DNA of 64,000 bases from Nitrospirota bacterium (GTDB taxonomy: Bacteria > Nitrospirota > UBA9217). This document shows positions 39,614 to 51,331 of the stretch, piece after piece. The stretch lies in assembly GCA_963737155.1 (NCBI GenBank), contig CAVTRN010000002.1, forward strand, positions 2,336,001 to 2,400,000. The letters run 5' to 3'. Every line of letters starts with the position of its first letter. Within the stretch, counting starts at the first letter, position 1. The notes beneath the pieces are model-generated. The model made no database searches, was not told where the DNA came from, and saw nothing but the letters and a program-made list of their open reading frames with translations. The position numbers were made by a program, and so were the translations under genes.

Positions 39614-40435
39614 CTACTTTCTACTGCCTGTTAGCTTCACCGCCACCTGCTCGCTCCACTCGATGTCCTGCGAAGCAAACACGGGCCCGTCTTTGCATAC
39701 CCTTTTGTAGCCGCCTATTTTCATGGTAACAGAACAACCCATGCATGCCCCAACTCCACAGGCCATGCGTTCCTCCATGGAAACGAAGCAGGGCAGTGAA
39801 TGTATTGAGGCAATTCTGCTTACAGCGCTAAGCATAGCATGGGGACCACACGCGTACAGTACTAAATGAGTTTTCCGCTCCATCGTAGTCAGAAACGCAT
39901 TCAGGAGGTCCGTTGTCATCCCCTGTTTTCCCGCGCTTCCGTCCTCCGTGGCAAGATGCACTTTCACCGCCGTATCGCGGAAACTCTTCACAATCCCGGC
40001 AGGTGGCAGACAATCCTTGTTCCTTGCGCCAATAAAGAGATGAGCGCGGAACCCTGCTTTGACAGAAAGAAAATGAAGGGGAGGAAATCCGCTTCCGCCG
40101 GCAATGAGCACCGGAGTCACGCCTTTTTCCGGCAGCGGAAATCCGTTACCAATCGGTCCGAGCAAGTGCAGCGAATCCCCCACCCTCCTTTGCGTCAGCA
40201 GCGAGGTTCCCCTGCCAACAACGCGATAAATAAGCTCAAGGGACGATCGTGAAGGAAGAGAAGATATACCGAAGGGCCGTGCCAGGAGAGGGTCCATGTT
40301 CTCCGATACGCGGAGCATCACGAACTGGCCCGGCAGAGCGACCGCGGATATATCCGGAGCTCGCAGCACAAGGCGATAGTATCCCCTGCCCACGGATTTA
40401 TTGACAAGAATTGTTGCCTTGCTGAACCTACTCAA
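39614..40435 (-). CDS. pyrK: Dihydroorotate dehydrogenase electron transfer subunit (likely TTG start 40435)
   Basis: PGQFVML, RPFGI, GPIGNGF, YACGP and the [2Fe-2S] motif MACGVGACMGC..VCKDGPVF. Confidence 0.93.
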   Translation of the reverse strand: MSRFSKATILVNKSVGRGYYRLVLRAPDISAVALPGQFVMLRVSENMDPLLARPFGISSLPSRSSLELIYRVVGRGTSLLTQRRVGDSLHLLGPIGNGFPLPEKGVTPVLIAGGSGFPPLHFLSVKAGFRAHLFIGARNKDCLPPAGIVKSFRDTAVKVHLATEDGSAGKQGMTTDLLNAFLTTMERKTHLVLYACGPHAMLSAVSRIASIHSLPCFVSMEERMACGVGACMGCSVTMKIGGYKRVCKDGPVFASQDIEWSEQVAVKLTGSRK

Positions 40436-40910
40436 AGGCAATCTGAATCTCCCGGATTTCGTACTCGACTGTTTTGGCCGGGGTCTTGATCGTAACGCTA
40501 TCACCGACCTTGTGGCCGATAAGCGCCTTGCCTACCGGTGACTGTACAGATATTTTGCCCTTTTTGAGATCGGCCTCTTCCTGACCCACCAGAGTGTACT
40601 TCCTTATGTCTCCGGAATCGGTGTCCGCAAGCGTGACCGTCGCTCCAAAAACGACCTTTTCGTTCGTAAGCTTCGAAATGTCGATGATTTGAGCGTTGGA
40701 AAGCTTATGCTCTAGTTCCCGCTTCTTGGCGTCAAGATGGCCCTGCCGCTCTTTGGCTGCATGGTATTCCGCGTTTTCCGATAAATCACCATGAGCCCGC
40801 GCTTCCTCGATATCTTTTATATTCTTGGACCGTTCAACCTTGATGATACGGTCAAGCTCCTGTTTTAGCTTGTCATAGCCCTCTTTGGTCATCGGAATCT
40901 TCTGCGTCAT
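40428..40910 (-). CDS. greA: Transcription elongation factor GreA
   Basis: [18 protein letters not shown] and [13 protein letters not shown]. Confidence 0.97.
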   Translation of the reverse strand: MTQKIPMTKEGYDKLKQELDRIIKVERSKNIKDIEEARAHGDLSENAEYHAAKERQGHLDAKKRELEHKLSNAQIIDISKLTNEKVVFGATVTLADTDSGDIRKYTLVGQEEADLKKGKISVQSPVGKALIGHKVGDSVTIKTPAKTVEYEIREIQIAFE

Positions 40911-43900
40911 GGTTTCTGATACTCCTGAATGGATTTAACTTGTATCGGCCGCGTCTTGATGGCCGAGATGCCCCGCACTGCCGCTTTTGCCGCAGATATG
41001 GTCGTAAAATAAGGGACCCCCTTGATCAGGGTCGTACGCCGTATCGAATAAGAATCTATCTGCGACTGAGCTCCATGGACCGTATTAATGACCAGGTCGA
41101 TCTGCATATCCGTGATCTGGTCCACGATATGCGGCCTCCCCTCGGTCACTTTATTCACCGTCTCGACCGTAATGCCCCGTTTCCTCAAATAGTCTGCAGT
41201 GCCGCGTGTGGCAACGATAGTGAAACCGGCGTTTTCCAGCCCTTGGGCGACTTCCAGCAAACCAGCCTTATCCTTATCTTTCACGCTCAGGAATACACGC
41301 CCTGAAACAGGCATAGGGTTGCCGGCCGCCATCTGGGACTTGGCGAAGGACATGCCGAAATCCGTGTCGATGCCCATCACCTCGCCCGTTGATTTCATTT
41401 CCGGCCCCAGCAGCGTGTCCACGCCCGGAAACTTCGCGAAAGGAAAAACTGCTTCCTTTACCGCGATGTGTTTGATGCTCACTTCTTTTGTAAAACCAAG
41501 TTGCACAAGGGTCTTACCGGCCATGACCCGGGAAGCGAGTTTGGCGAGCGGCACCCCAATCGCTTTGCTCACGAACGGTACGGTACGCGAGGCCCGGGGA
41601 TTCACCTCAAGCACGTAAACCCGGCCCTCCTTCACGGCAAACTGGATGTTCATGAGCCCGACGACACCCAGTTCAAAGGCGAGCACCCTCGCTTGCCTGT
41701 CGATTTCCCCGATGATTTCCGGCGAAAGAGAGAACGGCGGCAACGAGCAGGCGGAATCGCCGGAGTGGACACCCGCCTCTTCGATATGTTCCATGATCCC
41801 CGCCACGACCACGGTTTTCCCGTCGGAGATAGCGTCCACGTCTATCTCCACGGCATCTTCCAGATACTTGTCGACGAGCACAGGCCTTTCCGGTGAGGCC
41901 TTCACTGCCCGGCTCATATAGTTCCGGACGCTCTCCTCGTCATAGACAATCTCCATGGCCCGGCCGCCGAGCACGTAGGACGGGCGCACCATGACGGGGT
42001 AACCGATGCGGTTCGCCGCGAACACTGCCTCGTCGCAGGACACAGCCGTGCCGCTTTCGGCCTGCAAGAGACTGAGTTTGTCGAGCAATTCCTTAAACCG
42101 CTTCCGGTCCTCAGCACGGTCGATGCTGTCAGGCGTAGTACCAAGAATGCGGACGCCCTCTTTCTCAAGCGGTACTGCGAGCTTGAGTGGCGTCTGTCCG
42201 CCGAACTGCACTATCACGCCCACGGGCTTTTCTCGCTGTATAATATGTAAAACATCTTCGAGTGTCAAGGGTTCAAAATAGAGGCGGTCGGACGTATCGT
42301 AATCCGTGCTCACCGTCTCGGGGTTGCAGTTCACCATGATCGTCTCAAACCCGTCTTCCTTGAGCGCGAAGGCGGCATGGACGCAGCAGTAGTCAAATTC
42401 GATGCCCTGCCCGATCCGGTTCGGCCCACCCCCAAGGATTACAATCTTCTTCCGGTCAGTCGGATTCGCGTCGCATTCAGCATGTCCTTGTGCTATGCTG
42501 CTTGCCACCTGACCCTTGATTGTATAAAACGGTTTTTCATAGGTTGAATAGAGGTACGGCGTATGCGCCTCGAACTCAGCCGCACAGGTATCCACACTCT
42601 TGAAGACCGGCGTAATGCCAAGCTCATAGCGAACTCTACGCACCGTCTCTTCCGTGGTCGTCAGAAGCTTAGCAATCCTGCGGTCGGAAAATCCGTATTC
42701 CTTGGCGCGTCTGAGGGGATGATTTAGTGATGGCGTCCGGTCATTCAGAATATTCGCCGCCTGCTCCTTCAGTTCCTTTTCACGGTCGACAATCTGTTTG
42801 ATCTGATGGAGGAACCATGGGTCAATCTTCGATAAACTGAATATCTCCTCTACTGTCATGCCCATGCGAAAACCATCGGCAATGAACCATGCCCGTTCCC
42901 AGTTCGGCACACTGATCTTCTGGCGAATATCGGCGACTTCGTTTTCCCTGTCTCCATCACGATCCCGGCGGGACTCCAGTCCGTAGCGGTCAATTTCGAG
43001 CGAACGGAGCGCCTTCTGGAATGATTCCTTGAAAGTCCTGCCTATGGACATTGCCTCACCCACTGATTTCATCTGCGTTGTAAGCGTGGCGTCCGCCTGA
43101 GGGAATTTCTCGAAGGCAAAACGCGGGAACTTCACAACCACGTAATCGATCGTCGGTTCGAAAGACGCCGGCGTTGCCTTAGTGATATCGTTTGTGATTT
43201 CATCGAGAGTGTACCCGACCGCGAGTTTAGCGGCGAACTTGGCTATTGGAAAACCCGTGGCTTTGGACGCAAGCGCCGAACTCCTGGATACACGCGGGTT
43301 CATTTCAATCACTACGATCCTACCGTTGTCGGGGTTTACGGCGAACTGAATATTTGAGCCGCCGGTATCAACCCCTATTTCACGGATGATCCGGAGCGAT
43401 GCATCGCGCATAATCTGAAATTCTTTGTCCGTCAGTGTCTGTGCCGGGGCCACGGTGATACTGTCACCGGTGTGGATGCCCATAGGATCGAGGTTCTCGA
43501 TGGAACAGACGATCACGACATTGTCCTTGATGTCCCGCATGACTTCGAGCTCGAATTCCTTCCACCCGACCACAGACTCCTCGATCAACACCTGGTGAAC
43601 CGGACTGGCCTCGAGACCGCGCGAGATCAGATCATTGAACTCCTCCCGGTTATAGGCGATGCCACCGCCCGTGCCACCGAGCGTAAAAGCCGGGCGCAGA
43701 ATCGCGGGAAAGCCAACGTTCTCCAGGATTTCCAGAGCCTGTTCCCTGCTTGTCGCAAACCCGCTCTTGGGCACATCAAGCCTGATGTGTTCCATGGCCT
43801 TCTTGAACAGCTCCCGGTCTTCCGCTTTCCTGATCGACGGTAGTTTGGCGCCAATCAATTCGACATTGTATTTCTCCAGGACACCAGACTCCGCCAGAGC

Positions 43901-44200
43901 CACGGCCATATTGAGAGCGGTCTGGCCACCCATCGTGGGAAGCAGTGCATCGGGACGTTCGCGATCAATGATTTTTTCGACCACTGCCGTCGTGATCGGT
44001 TCGATGTAGGTACGGTGCGCCATATCCGGATCGGTCATGATCGTGGCTGGGTTCGAATTGACAAGCACGATCTCGTATCCCTCCTCCTTAAGCGCTTTGC
44101 AGGCCTGTACGCCCGAATAATCGAACTCGCAGGCCTGACCTATCACGATTGGCCCGGCGCCTATGATCAGGATCTTATTGATATCTGTCCGTTTCGGCAT
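40907..44200 (-). CDS. carB: Carbamoyl-phosphate synthase large subunit
   Basis: [18 protein letters not shown], duplicated ATP-grasp halves and a C-terminal MGS domain. 1097 aa. Confidence 0.98.
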   Translation of the reverse strand: MPKRTDINKILIIGAGPIVIGQACEFDYSGVQACKALKEEGYEIVLVNSNPATIMTDPDMAHRTYIEPITTAVVEKIIDRERPDALLPTMGGQTALNMAVALAESGVLEKYNVELIGAKLPSIRKAEDRELFKKAMEHIRLDVPKSGFATSREQALEILENVGFPAILRPAFTLGGTGGGIAYNREEFNDLISRGLEASPVHQVLIEESVVGWKEFELEVMRDIKDNVVIVCSIENLDPMGIHTGDSITVAPAQTLTDKEFQIMRDASLRIIREIGVDTGGSNIQFAVNPDNGRIVVIEMNPRVSRSSALASKATGFPIAKFAAKLAVGYTLDEITNDITKATPASFEPTIDYVVVKFPRFAFEKFPQADATLTTQMKSVGEAMSIGRTFKESFQKALRSLEIDRYGLESRRDRDGDRENEVADIRQKISVPNWERAWFIADGFRMGMTVEEIFSLSKIDPWFLHQIKQIVDREKELKEQAANILNDRTPSLNHPLRRAKEYGFSDRRIAKLLTTTEETVRRVRYELGITPVFKSVDTCAAEFEAHTPYLYSTYEKPFYTIKGQVASSIAQGHAECDANPTDRKKIVILGGGPNRIGQGIEFDYCCVHAAFALKEDGFETIMVNCNPETVSTDYDTSDRLYFEPLTLEDVLHIIQREKPVGVIVQFGGQTPLKLAVPLEKEGVRILGTTPDSIDRAEDRKRFKELLDKLSLLQAESGTAVSCDEAVFAANRIGYPVMVRPSYVLGGRAMEIVYDEESVRNYMSRAVKASPERPVLVDKYLEDAVEIDVDAISDGKTVVVAGIMEHIEEAGVHSGDSACSLPPFSLSPEIIGEIDRQARVLAFELGVVGLMNIQFAVKEGRVYVLEVNPRASRTVPFVSKAIGVPLAKLASRVMAGKTLVQLGFTKEVSIKHIAVKEAVFPFAKFPGVDTLLGPEMKSTGEVMGIDTDFGMSFAKSQMAAGNPMPVSGRVFLSVKDKDKAGLLEVAQGLENAGFTIVATRGTADYLRKRGITVETVNKVTEGRPHIVDQITDMQIDLVINTVHGAQSQIDSYSIRRTTLIKGVPYFTTISAAKAAVRGISAIKTRPIQVKSIQEYQKP

Positions 44201-44229
44201 TTAATCCTTCCTCAATTCTGTACTTTAAA

Positions 44230-45168
44230 TCAGTCAAATTCCTGTATCCAGCCGTTCTCCAAACCATACTGTTCCATGATCCGGCGAGCATCTTCGTATT
44301 CGTCGGCTGTTGTTCTGCGTGAAAGTTCCTTGATCTCAATCGCCTTGTATGCCGGAAAGTACTGGGCCATAAGACTGATGAATATGTCCTTCGAGATTTC
44401 CTTTGACAGGAATTTCATAATGTTTTCTGTTCCCGACAAACCATTGGGAAGCACCAGATGGCGGATAATCAGTCCGCGTTTCGCAATTCCCTGCTCACCT
44501 AAAAGGAGATTGCCCACCTGTCTGAACATTTCCTTCACCGCTGCGCGGTTGATCTCCGGATAGTGCGAGGCATTCGAGTATTTTTTTGCGACTGCCTCAT
44601 CGGAATACCGCATGTCTGCCAGGTAGATATCAACAATCCCGTCTAGAATCTGAAGTGCCCTAAGCGACTCGTATCCGCTCGTATTATATGCTATAGGTAG
44701 GTTGAAACCTCGTTCCCGAGCAAGCCAAAGCGCCTTCAGAATCTGGGGCATAAAATGCGTCGGTGTTACTAGATTCACATTGTGACATCCCTGTTCCTGT
44801 AGCCAGACCATCTGGCAGGCAAGCTCGCCGGGAGTCCGCTCCGAGCCGTTCCCCAGTTGACTGATGGGATAATTCTGACAATAGATGCAGCGCAGATTGC
44901 AGTTGGTTAAAAAGATCGTACCGGAGCCTTTTGTTCCTGATAGGGGCGGTTCCTCGCCATGATGAGCACTCACGCTCGATATTACGGGATTAAGACCAGA
45001 CCTGCAAAATCCAAGTTTGTCGTTATTAAGCCGGTTCGCGCCGCATTCACGGGGACAAATGCAACAACTCCCAAGGAGCTCGTAAGCATCATTAATACGT
45101 TCGCTTAATTCAACCTGCGATAACAAGGAATTCACCCGAACATCCCAATAGCAAAACCCATAGTTCAA
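44230..45168 (-). CDS. PflX-like radical SAM protein
   Basis: N-terminal C.ICPRECGANR..FC, HHGEEPPL.GT.GSGTIF, CNLRCIYCQN, NLVTPTH and IIRHLVLP. Confidence 0.88.
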   Translation of the reverse strand: MNYGFCYWDVRVNSLLSQVELSERINDAYELLGSCCICPRECGANRLNNDKLGFCRSGLNPVISSVSAHHGEEPPLSGTKGSGTIFLTNCNLRCIYCQNYPISQLGNGSERTPGELACQMVWLQEQGCHNVNLVTPTHFMPQILKALWLARERGFNLPIAYNTSGYESLRALQILDGIVDIYLADMRYSDEAVAKKYSNASHYPEINRAAVKEMFRQVGNLLLGEQGIAKRGLIIRHLVLPNGLSGTENIMKFLSKEISKDIFISLMAQYFPAYKAIEIKELSRRTTADEYEDARRIMEQYGLENGWIQEFD

Positions 45169-45175
45169 AACAGCA

Positions 45176-46306
45176 TTATTGTATGTTCCTGTACTTTTCC
45201 ATCATGTCAATGAACCGTTTGAAAAGATATCTGCTATCATGCGGTCCCGGAGATGCCTCGGGATGATACTGCACCGAAAAAGCCGGAAGGGTTTTATGCT
45301 GAATACCTTCGCAGGTCTTGTCATTCAGATTCATATGCGTCATTATCACGTGGTCCTTCACCGTGTCCATGTCCACCGCAAAGCCGTGGTTTTCGGCGGC
45401 GATCTCGACCTTGCGCGTAGTCAGGTCCATGATTGGCTGGTTTCCGCCGTGATGACCGAACTTCAGTTTGTAGGTCCTGCCGCCCAGTGCAAGACCTAAC
45501 AGCTGCTGCCCCAGACAAATGCCGAAGATCGGTTTCCTGCCTAGAAGTATCCGGATGTTTTCTATTGCATAGGTGACCGGCTCCGGATCGCCAGGACCGT
45601 TTGACAGGAATACTCCGTCGGGGTTCATGACAAGCACTTCTTCAGCCGACATCGTTGCCGGCACTACAGTTACGTCGCATCCCGAGCTCGTGATCAGCCG
45701 GAGAATATTCCTCTTGATTCCATAATCATAGGCGACAACCTTGTATTTCTGCACAGACTTTTTCGTCGCGTACCCTTTTTCAAGGTCCCAGTCGCCCTCC
45801 TCCCAACAATAAGGTTCCTTGCAGGTGACGTCTTTTACCAGGTCGAGGCCGCTCATGGTGGGGAGCGCTTTTGCCTTCGCAACAATACTGACAGGATTCA
45901 TGTCCTTCGTCGTAATCACCCCGGGCTGTGCTCCATTGTCCCGAAGATGTTTCGTCAGTGCTCTTGTGTCGATTCCCTGGATGCCGACGATGCCGTTCTC
46001 GCGCAAATATTGATGAAGGGTTTTTTTCGAACGCCAGTTGCTGGGGATTTCAAGATATTCCTTCACAATGAAGCCTTCCACGAAGGGTTTTGCCGATTCC
46101 ACGTCCTCATCGTTCACGCCGTAGTTCCCGATTTGGGGGTAGGTCATGGTTACAATCTGCCCCTTGTACGATGGATCGGTCAGAATTTCTTGGTATCCTG
46201 TCATACTTGTGTTGAATACGATTTCTCCCGAGGTTTCCCCTTCCGCTCCAAAGGATTCTCCTTCGAACACCGTTCCATCAGCCAGAGCAAGTATCGCTTT
46301 TTTCAT
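45176..46306 (-). CDS. carA: Carbamoyl-phosphate synthase small subunit
   Basis: [32 protein letters not shown] and [12 protein letters not shown]. Confidence 0.98.
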   Translation of the reverse strand: MKKAILALADGTVFEGESFGAEGETSGEIVFNTSMTGYQEILTDPSYKGQIVTMTYPQIGNYGVNDEDVESAKPFVEGFIVKEYLEIPSNWRSKKTLHQYLRENGIVGIQGIDTRALTKHLRDNGAQPGVITTKDMNPVSIVAKAKALPTMSGLDLVKDVTCKEPYCWEEGDWDLEKGYATKKSVQKYKVVAYDYGIKRNILRLITSSGCDVTVVPATMSAEEVLVMNPDGVFLSNGPGDPEPVTYAIENIRILLGRKPIFGICLGQQLLGLALGGRTYKLKFGHHGGNQPIMDLTTRKVEIAAENHGFAVDMDTVKDHVIMTHMNLNDKTCEGIQHKTLPAFSVQYHPEASPGPHDSRYLFKRFIDMMEKYRNIQ

Positions 46307-46783
46307 AATCAGTTAGACTCTCTCATTCCGAAAATTTCCAATCACCCCACAGGCGGGGAGTGCCGTGAACCGCCATCAAAACCGGCACCGAACCTTTCCG
46401 CCACTATCCACGACCATCGCACGTACATTTTCCCCTGCTTCTTCTTCGCTTTTTGCTTACCACTTAATCGGGCCATCCGCAAAGAGCTCTGGTTTTAACC
46501 ATGGGGATGAATGCGGGAACGTAACGACCGATACTGGACGAATGCTCCTCTTCATGCTTTGTTCCACGCCCGGAGCACGAAACTATCACAAACATGGACT
46601 GTGCGGAAACACAAAGAAAAAAACATTAAAGAACCGTTAGCGTGCATGCCAGAAATGCGGGACCAACGGTCAACGTAATTTTTTTTCCGCATTATCTGGC
46701 GAAGAATGCAACAATACGAACCAGAGACAGAGTTGCGACCCCCCGTTAAACGTCAACACTAATCAAGCTTGGCAATAAATTTC

Positions 46784-46830
46784 CGTTGCCATGTAGATTG
46801 CTAGTGCTGCCGTTAGAACCCCTGTCTTTA
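46784..46830. repeat. ~48-bp dispersed repeat, copy 2
   Basis: CGTTGCCATGTAGATTGCTAGTGCTGCCGTTAGAACCCCTGTCTTTA, matching 38214-38261. Confidence 0.8.
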
Positions 46831-46854
46831 AACATGGACAATGGTCATGCGGCC

Positions 46855-48117
46855 CTAAATGCTTCCCCCCAAAATCGTCTGCACAGCCCGTCCCCTCAAC
46901 TTCCACCCATTAAAAGGCGTGTTCCTTGATTTCGACTTGAACTCCGACACGTTCACGATCCATTCTAAATCCGGATCGATGATCGTGATGTCGGCCGCCG
47001 TTCCAACTGAGAGCGAACCTTTATCGATTTTAAGAATACCGGCGGGGTTGGCCGTAAGTTTCCGGATTGCCTCGGCAAGCGTCAGAATGCCTTCCTCGAC
47101 GAGTTTGATCGTAAGTCCCAATGCTGTTTCAAGTCCCACGATTCCAAAGGGCGCATAATCGAATTCACCATCTTTTTCATCCGCTGCATGGGGCGCATGG
47201 TCCGTGGCGATCACATCGAGGGTGCCATCCCTAAGTCCCTGCTTTATAGTGTCGACATCGGCAGCCGTGCGAAGCGGTGGGTTCATTTTTGCCATGGTAT
47301 TGTAACCCCGCACCGCCTCATCAGTCAAAGAAAAGTAATGCGGACAGGTCTCGGCGGTGACCTTAACTCCCCGCGCCTTTGCATTGCGAAGCATGTTCAC
47401 CGAACCGGCAGTGCTTACATGGGCTATATGCAACCTGCATCCGGTCAATTCGGCAAGAGCAATATCCCGCGCGGTCATAACATCCTCGGCCGCCCGCGGA
47501 ATACCCCGAAGCCCCAGTTCCGTTGAGATGATGCCTTCGTTCATCACGCCCTTGGCTGAAAGCGTGGTTTCTTCGCAGTGCGAGATGACAAGCATATCGA
47601 ATATTTTCGAATATTCCAGAGCGCGGCGCATTACTGCCGCATTCATGACCGGCTTTCCATCGTCCGAGACGGCGATGCAACCCGCCGAGCACAGTTCAGC
47701 CATTTCAGCAAGTTCCTCGCCTTTCGACCCCTTGGTTATTGCGCCGACAGGATATACCCTCGTCAATGCATTTCGGGTTTTAGAAAGGATGAACTCCGTA
47801 ACCGAGCGGTTGTCGTTCACCGGGTTCGTATTCGGCATGCAGCAGACCGAAGTGAACCCTCCGGCCTTTGCCGCAGCTGTACCGGTGGCGATGGTTTCCT
47901 TGTATTCGAAACCCGGTTCTCTCAGATGCACGTGCATGTCGATGAGACCGGGGACAACGATTTTTCCAACAGCGTCGAGGACCTGTGCACCGGTCTCCGA
48001 AATCGATCCCTGCCTGCCGAGTCTGGCGACCTTCCCCCCGGATATGAGGAGATCAAGTACGCCGTCGACATTATTCGCGGGATCGATGATACGGCCATTT
48101 TTTATCAAGATGTTCAT
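46855..48117 (-). CDS. pyrC: Dihydroorotase (type I)
   Basis: [23 protein letters not shown] and ATDHAPH. Confidence 0.96.
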   Translation of the reverse strand: MNILIKNGRIIDPANNVDGVLDLLISGGKVARLGRQGSISETGAQVLDAVGKIVVPGLIDMHVHLREPGFEYKETIATGTAAAKAGGFTSVCCMPNTNPVNDNRSVTEFILSKTRNALTRVYPVGAITKGSKGEELAEMAELCSAGCIAVSDDGKPVMNAAVMRRALEYSKIFDMLVISHCEETTLSAKGVMNEGIISTELGLRGIPRAAEDVMTARDIALAELTGCRLHIAHVSTAGSVNMLRNAKARGVKVTAETCPHYFSLTDEAVRGYNTMAKMNPPLRTAADVDTIKQGLRDGTLDVIATDHAPHAADEKDGEFDYAPFGIVGLETALGLTIKLVEEGILTLAEAIRKLTANPAGILKIDKGSLSVGTAADITIIDPDLEWIVNVSEFKSKSRNTPFNGWKLRGRAVQTILGGSI

Positions 48118-48181
48118 AGCTATTCAACAGTGGAGGCCATGAGTCGGCATGCACCTGCCTCTAGCTCCCAACCCCTTTCTT

Positions 48182-49111
48182 TCAAGCTTCCGCCTTCGTG
48201 CCTCCGGACAACAAGAACATCACCGCCATGCGGACCGCAACGCCGTTCGTTACCTGATCGAGAATGACCGGCGTGGCATCGGCAACCTCGGATGATATTT
48301 CTACTCCGCGGTTCATGGGGCCCGGGTGCATTACGAGTGCATGACCGGCCGCCCTGGCTCGCCTTGCGGTATTTAGACCGTACAGCCCGGCATACTCGCG
48401 TACACCAGGGAAAAGTCCGGCAGCCTGCCGTTCCAGCTGGAGGCGAAGCATCATAACCACATCTGCTCCCTCAACGGCCCGGTCCATATCATAGGTGACA
48501 TCTACTCCCAGATATTCCATGCCTGGCGGTATCATCGTGGGCGGCCCGCAGACCCGCACTTTCGCGCCCATTGCAGTAAGTCCGTAGACGTTCGACCGCG
48601 CCACCCTGCTGTGTGCGATATCTCCCACAATGGCAACAGTCAGCCCCTCCAGTCTGCCCAACTTTTCCCTAATGGTGAACATATCGAGCAATGCCTGGGT
48701 CGGATGTTCATGAAAACCATCTCCCGCATTGATTACCGCACTTTTCAGCATTTTGGATAGATACTCGGGCGCCCCAGAACAGGAATGGCGGACGATGATG
48801 ATGTCGCACTTCATGGCTTCAATGTTCCTGGCTGTATCGAGAAGAGTCTCACCCTTAACCACACTGCTGGTCGATGTTGAAATGTTGATCACATCGGCTG
48901 AAAGCCGTTTGCCCGCAAGTTCGAAGGATGTCCGGGTCCGTGTGCTGGCCTCATAGAAGAGGTTGATAACCGTCTTACCGCGCAGCGCCGGTACTTTCTT
49001 AATGTCCCGCTCAGACACGTCCTTGAATGTCGCAGCTGTGTCTAGAATAAGCTTGATCTCATCCGCCGTCATTCCTTTCATGCTGAGCAGATCTTTTGTT
49101 CTGAGCGCCAT
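48182..49111 (-). CDS. pyrB: Aspartate carbamoyltransferase catalytic subunit
   Basis: [27 protein letters not shown] and MHPGP.NRG. Confidence 0.97.
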   Translation of the reverse strand: MALRTKDLLSMKGMTADEIKLILDTAATFKDVSERDIKKVPALRGKTVINLFYEASTRTRTSFELAGKRLSADVINISTSTSSVVKGETLLDTARNIEAMKCDIIIVRHSCSGAPEYLSKMLKSAVINAGDGFHEHPTQALLDMFTIREKLGRLEGLTVAIVGDIAHSRVARSNVYGLTAMGAKVRVCGPPTMIPPGMEYLGVDVTYDMDRAVEGADVVMMLRLQLERQAAGLFPGVREYAGLYGLNTARRARAAGHALVMHPGPMNRGVEISSEVADATPVILDQVTNGVAVRMAVMFLLSGGTKAEA

Positions 49112-49207
49112 TGCCGCACCTTTCAGGAGGATGGAACCGGAGTTCGGAGTGTTAAAACCCTCTATGTTGCATTCCCCAACATCTGCCGTCTATCGTTTGC
49201 CGCCTTC

Positions 49208-49750
49208 TCACTCCCCCAGAATCACAACTTTTTCTTCACCGCCATTCTCAGCCAGCATGACTTCAACCTTTTCCTTCGCTGAGGTTGGAAGGTTCTTGCC
49301 GACATAATCTGCGCGAATCGGGAGTTCCCGGTGCCCCCTGTCCACGAGGACAGCCAGCTGAATCCGCTTCGGTCTCCCATAATCCATAATGCTGTTCAAA
49401 GCCGCGCGAATGGTCCTGCCGGTAAAAAGCACGTCATCGACCAGCACCATGATTTTATCCTGGATGTCAAAGGTTATGTCCGTGGCCTGGGGAACCGGCT
49501 GAGATTTGCGCGTTGACAGATCATCGCGGTACATAGTGATATCCAAGCTGCCTACCGGTATGTCAATTTTCTCTATTTGCCGGATTTTTCCCACTAGCCG
49601 CTTGGATAGATGGACGCCACCCCTCTGTATGCCAACGAGGACAAGATCGCCTGCCCCCTTGTTTTTTTCGAGGATCTCATGGGCAATCCGCGTTAGGGCC
49701 CGGTCTATGCCGGTCTTGTCGAGAATCAGCGCTTTTTCCCTTATGCTCAT
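49208..49750 (-). CDS. pyrR: Pyrimidine operon attenuator / UPRTase PyrR (likely start 49750)
   Basis: [34 protein letters not shown] and [16 protein letters not shown]. Confidence 0.96.
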   Translation of the reverse strand: MSIREKALILDKTGIDRALTRIAHEILEKNKGAGDLVLVGIQRGGVHLSKRLVGKIRQIEKIDIPVGSLDITMYRDDLSTRKSQPVPQATDITFDIQDKIMVLVDDVLFTGRTIRAALNSIMDYGRPKRIQLAVLVDRGHRELPIRADYVGKNLPTSAKEKVEVMLAENGGEEKVVILGE

Positions 49751-49774
49751 GGCAGCAGCTCCCGTTTTTTCACA

Positions 49775-49915
49775 AAAAAAGACACAAAAAAACCCTCTCC
49801 CCAAAACACATGAAGAAGGTATGCGTACTGATTGCAGGCATGACTCCGCTTTTGATATGTTCCATCTCGAACCCTTCCTAGCCTCACAGGACCAGACTTA
49901 AAGAGAATTATTGTT
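49775..49915 (-). promoter_or_regulatory. PyrR-binding attenuator leader (binding loop, antiterminator, terminator)
   Basis: CUUUAAGUCUGGUCCUGUGAGGCUAGGAAGG fits the PyrR ARUCCNGNGAGGYU loop consensus. Downstream stem CCUUCUUCA..GGGGAGAGGG-U7. TTGACA-N17-TATTGT promoter at 49922-49950. Confidence 0.88.
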
Positions 49916-50007
49916 GCATTCACAATATCTCAACAACCTGTTCCTGTCAAGCGTTTTCTCGGGATGAAGGCATCAAGTTCAATTTGCATGATGAAAACTC
50001 ACTGCCA

Positions 50008-51240
50008 TCACCAGGGAGGACGTTTCAACATCCGCTCGCCCTTGGGTATGATTGCGATACCCGAAGGGTCGCGATGGCAGGCGCAGTGCAGTTTGTCCTC
50101 TTCCGGGTGGATCCCGATCTGCTCTCCTTCCGTCAATACATTGAACTTGTCCACGATCACCCGCTTGAGGCGGCAGCCTTTCTTCACAACGTTATGGTCC
50201 ATGATGACGCTATCTTCGATAACGACATCGTCCTCAATTACGACATCCCTTCGTATTACTGAATTAACAATCCTGGCACGTCCGATGACTACACCTTCAG
50301 CAATAAAACTGTTCTGGATCTCACCATGAAGGATTTTAGCTGCCGGCCCCTCATATTCGGCTGGATGGATGGGCCATTGCTGGTTATTGAGTTCAAAAAG
50401 CGGCTCCTTGCCAAGCATATCCATATGAGCATCATAGAAAGCGGGGATGGTACCTACATCGCGCCAGTAGCCCTTCTCCTCGTACGCCTGGAAGCCCGGG
50501 ATATTATTGGAGCCAAAGTCATAGGCGAATACGCTTCCGGTTTTGATTAGGTCCGGAATAAGATGTGTCCCGAAGTCATGCTGGTTCTTTTCCTGACCCC
50601 TGATAAGCGCTTCCATGAGCACGTCCTTATTGAATATGTAGTTCCCCATCGAGACATAGGCGCGCTTCGGATCATCGGGCATGGGAGCCGGGTGTTCCGG
50701 CTTCTCCTGAAAGCCGGTAATCCTCCGGTCTGCATCGGTAACGATCACTCCAAAAGACGACGCCTGATCAAGAGGAACGGGGCGTGCAGCGACCGTTACC
50801 ATGGCATTCTTTTCAAGATGGAAATCCATCAATTGCCTGATGTCCATACGGTATATATGGTCGGCACCGAAAACCGCAACGAGTTCCGGACGCTGATCAT
50901 GAATTAGATTGATATTCTGATACACCGCGTCCGCTGTCCCCTGGAACCATTCAGGCCCCATGCGCATCTGCGGCGGCACGACCGTTACAAAATGTTCTTT
51001 GACGATGGGCGACAAGGTCCAGTTCTGGCGCACGTGTTCGATCAGGGATTGTGACTTGTACTGCACCAGGAGATATATGGAATAGATCCGGGAATTGACG
51101 AAGTTGCTCAGGACGAAATCAACAATCCGATATCTTCCGCCAAACGGCACGGCAGGTTTGGAGCGGTAATCAGTGAGAGGGGCGAGCCGCTCGCCTTTGC
51201 CTCCTGCAAGAACAAATGCCAATATTTTTGGATGCGCCAT
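50008..51240 (-). CDS. glgC: Glucose-1-phosphate adenylyltransferase (likely start 51240)
   Basis: LAGGKGERL.PLT..RSKPAVPFGG.YRI, WFQGTADAVYQN, FQEKP and YWRDVGT. Confidence 0.96.
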   Translation of the reverse strand: MAHPKILAFVLAGGKGERLAPLTDYRSKPAVPFGGRYRIVDFVLSNFVNSRIYSIYLLVQYKSQSLIEHVRQNWTLSPIVKEHFVTVVPPQMRMGPEWFQGTADAVYQNINLIHDQRPELVAVFGADHIYRMDIRQLMDFHLEKNAMVTVAARPVPLDQASSFGVIVTDADRRITGFQEKPEHPAPMPDDPKRAYVSMGNYIFNKDVLMEALIRGQEKNQHDFGTHLIPDLIKTGSVFAYDFGSNNIPGFQAYEEKGYWRDVGTIPAFYDAHMDMLGKEPLFELNNQQWPIHPAEYEGPAAKILHGEIQNSFIAEGVVIGRARIVNSVIRRDVVIEDDVVIEDSVIMDHNVVKKGCRLKRVIVDKFNVLTEGEQIGIHPEEDKLHCACHRDPSGIAIIPKGERMLKRPPW

Positions 51241-51331
51241 GGCAGCCTCCAATGTTTTTCTATATAATGACTGCTAGTTTTGCCGGGTAAAATGCAAACA
51301 GACAGAACGAAGCCGGATCGGCATCCTGCAT

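Noticed and set aside
47357-48267. Long antisense ORFs (261 and 229 aa) over pyrC, and similar shadows over carB, carA and the OM barrel gene
   Set aside because: Antisense shadows of GC-rich conserved genes with no motifs.
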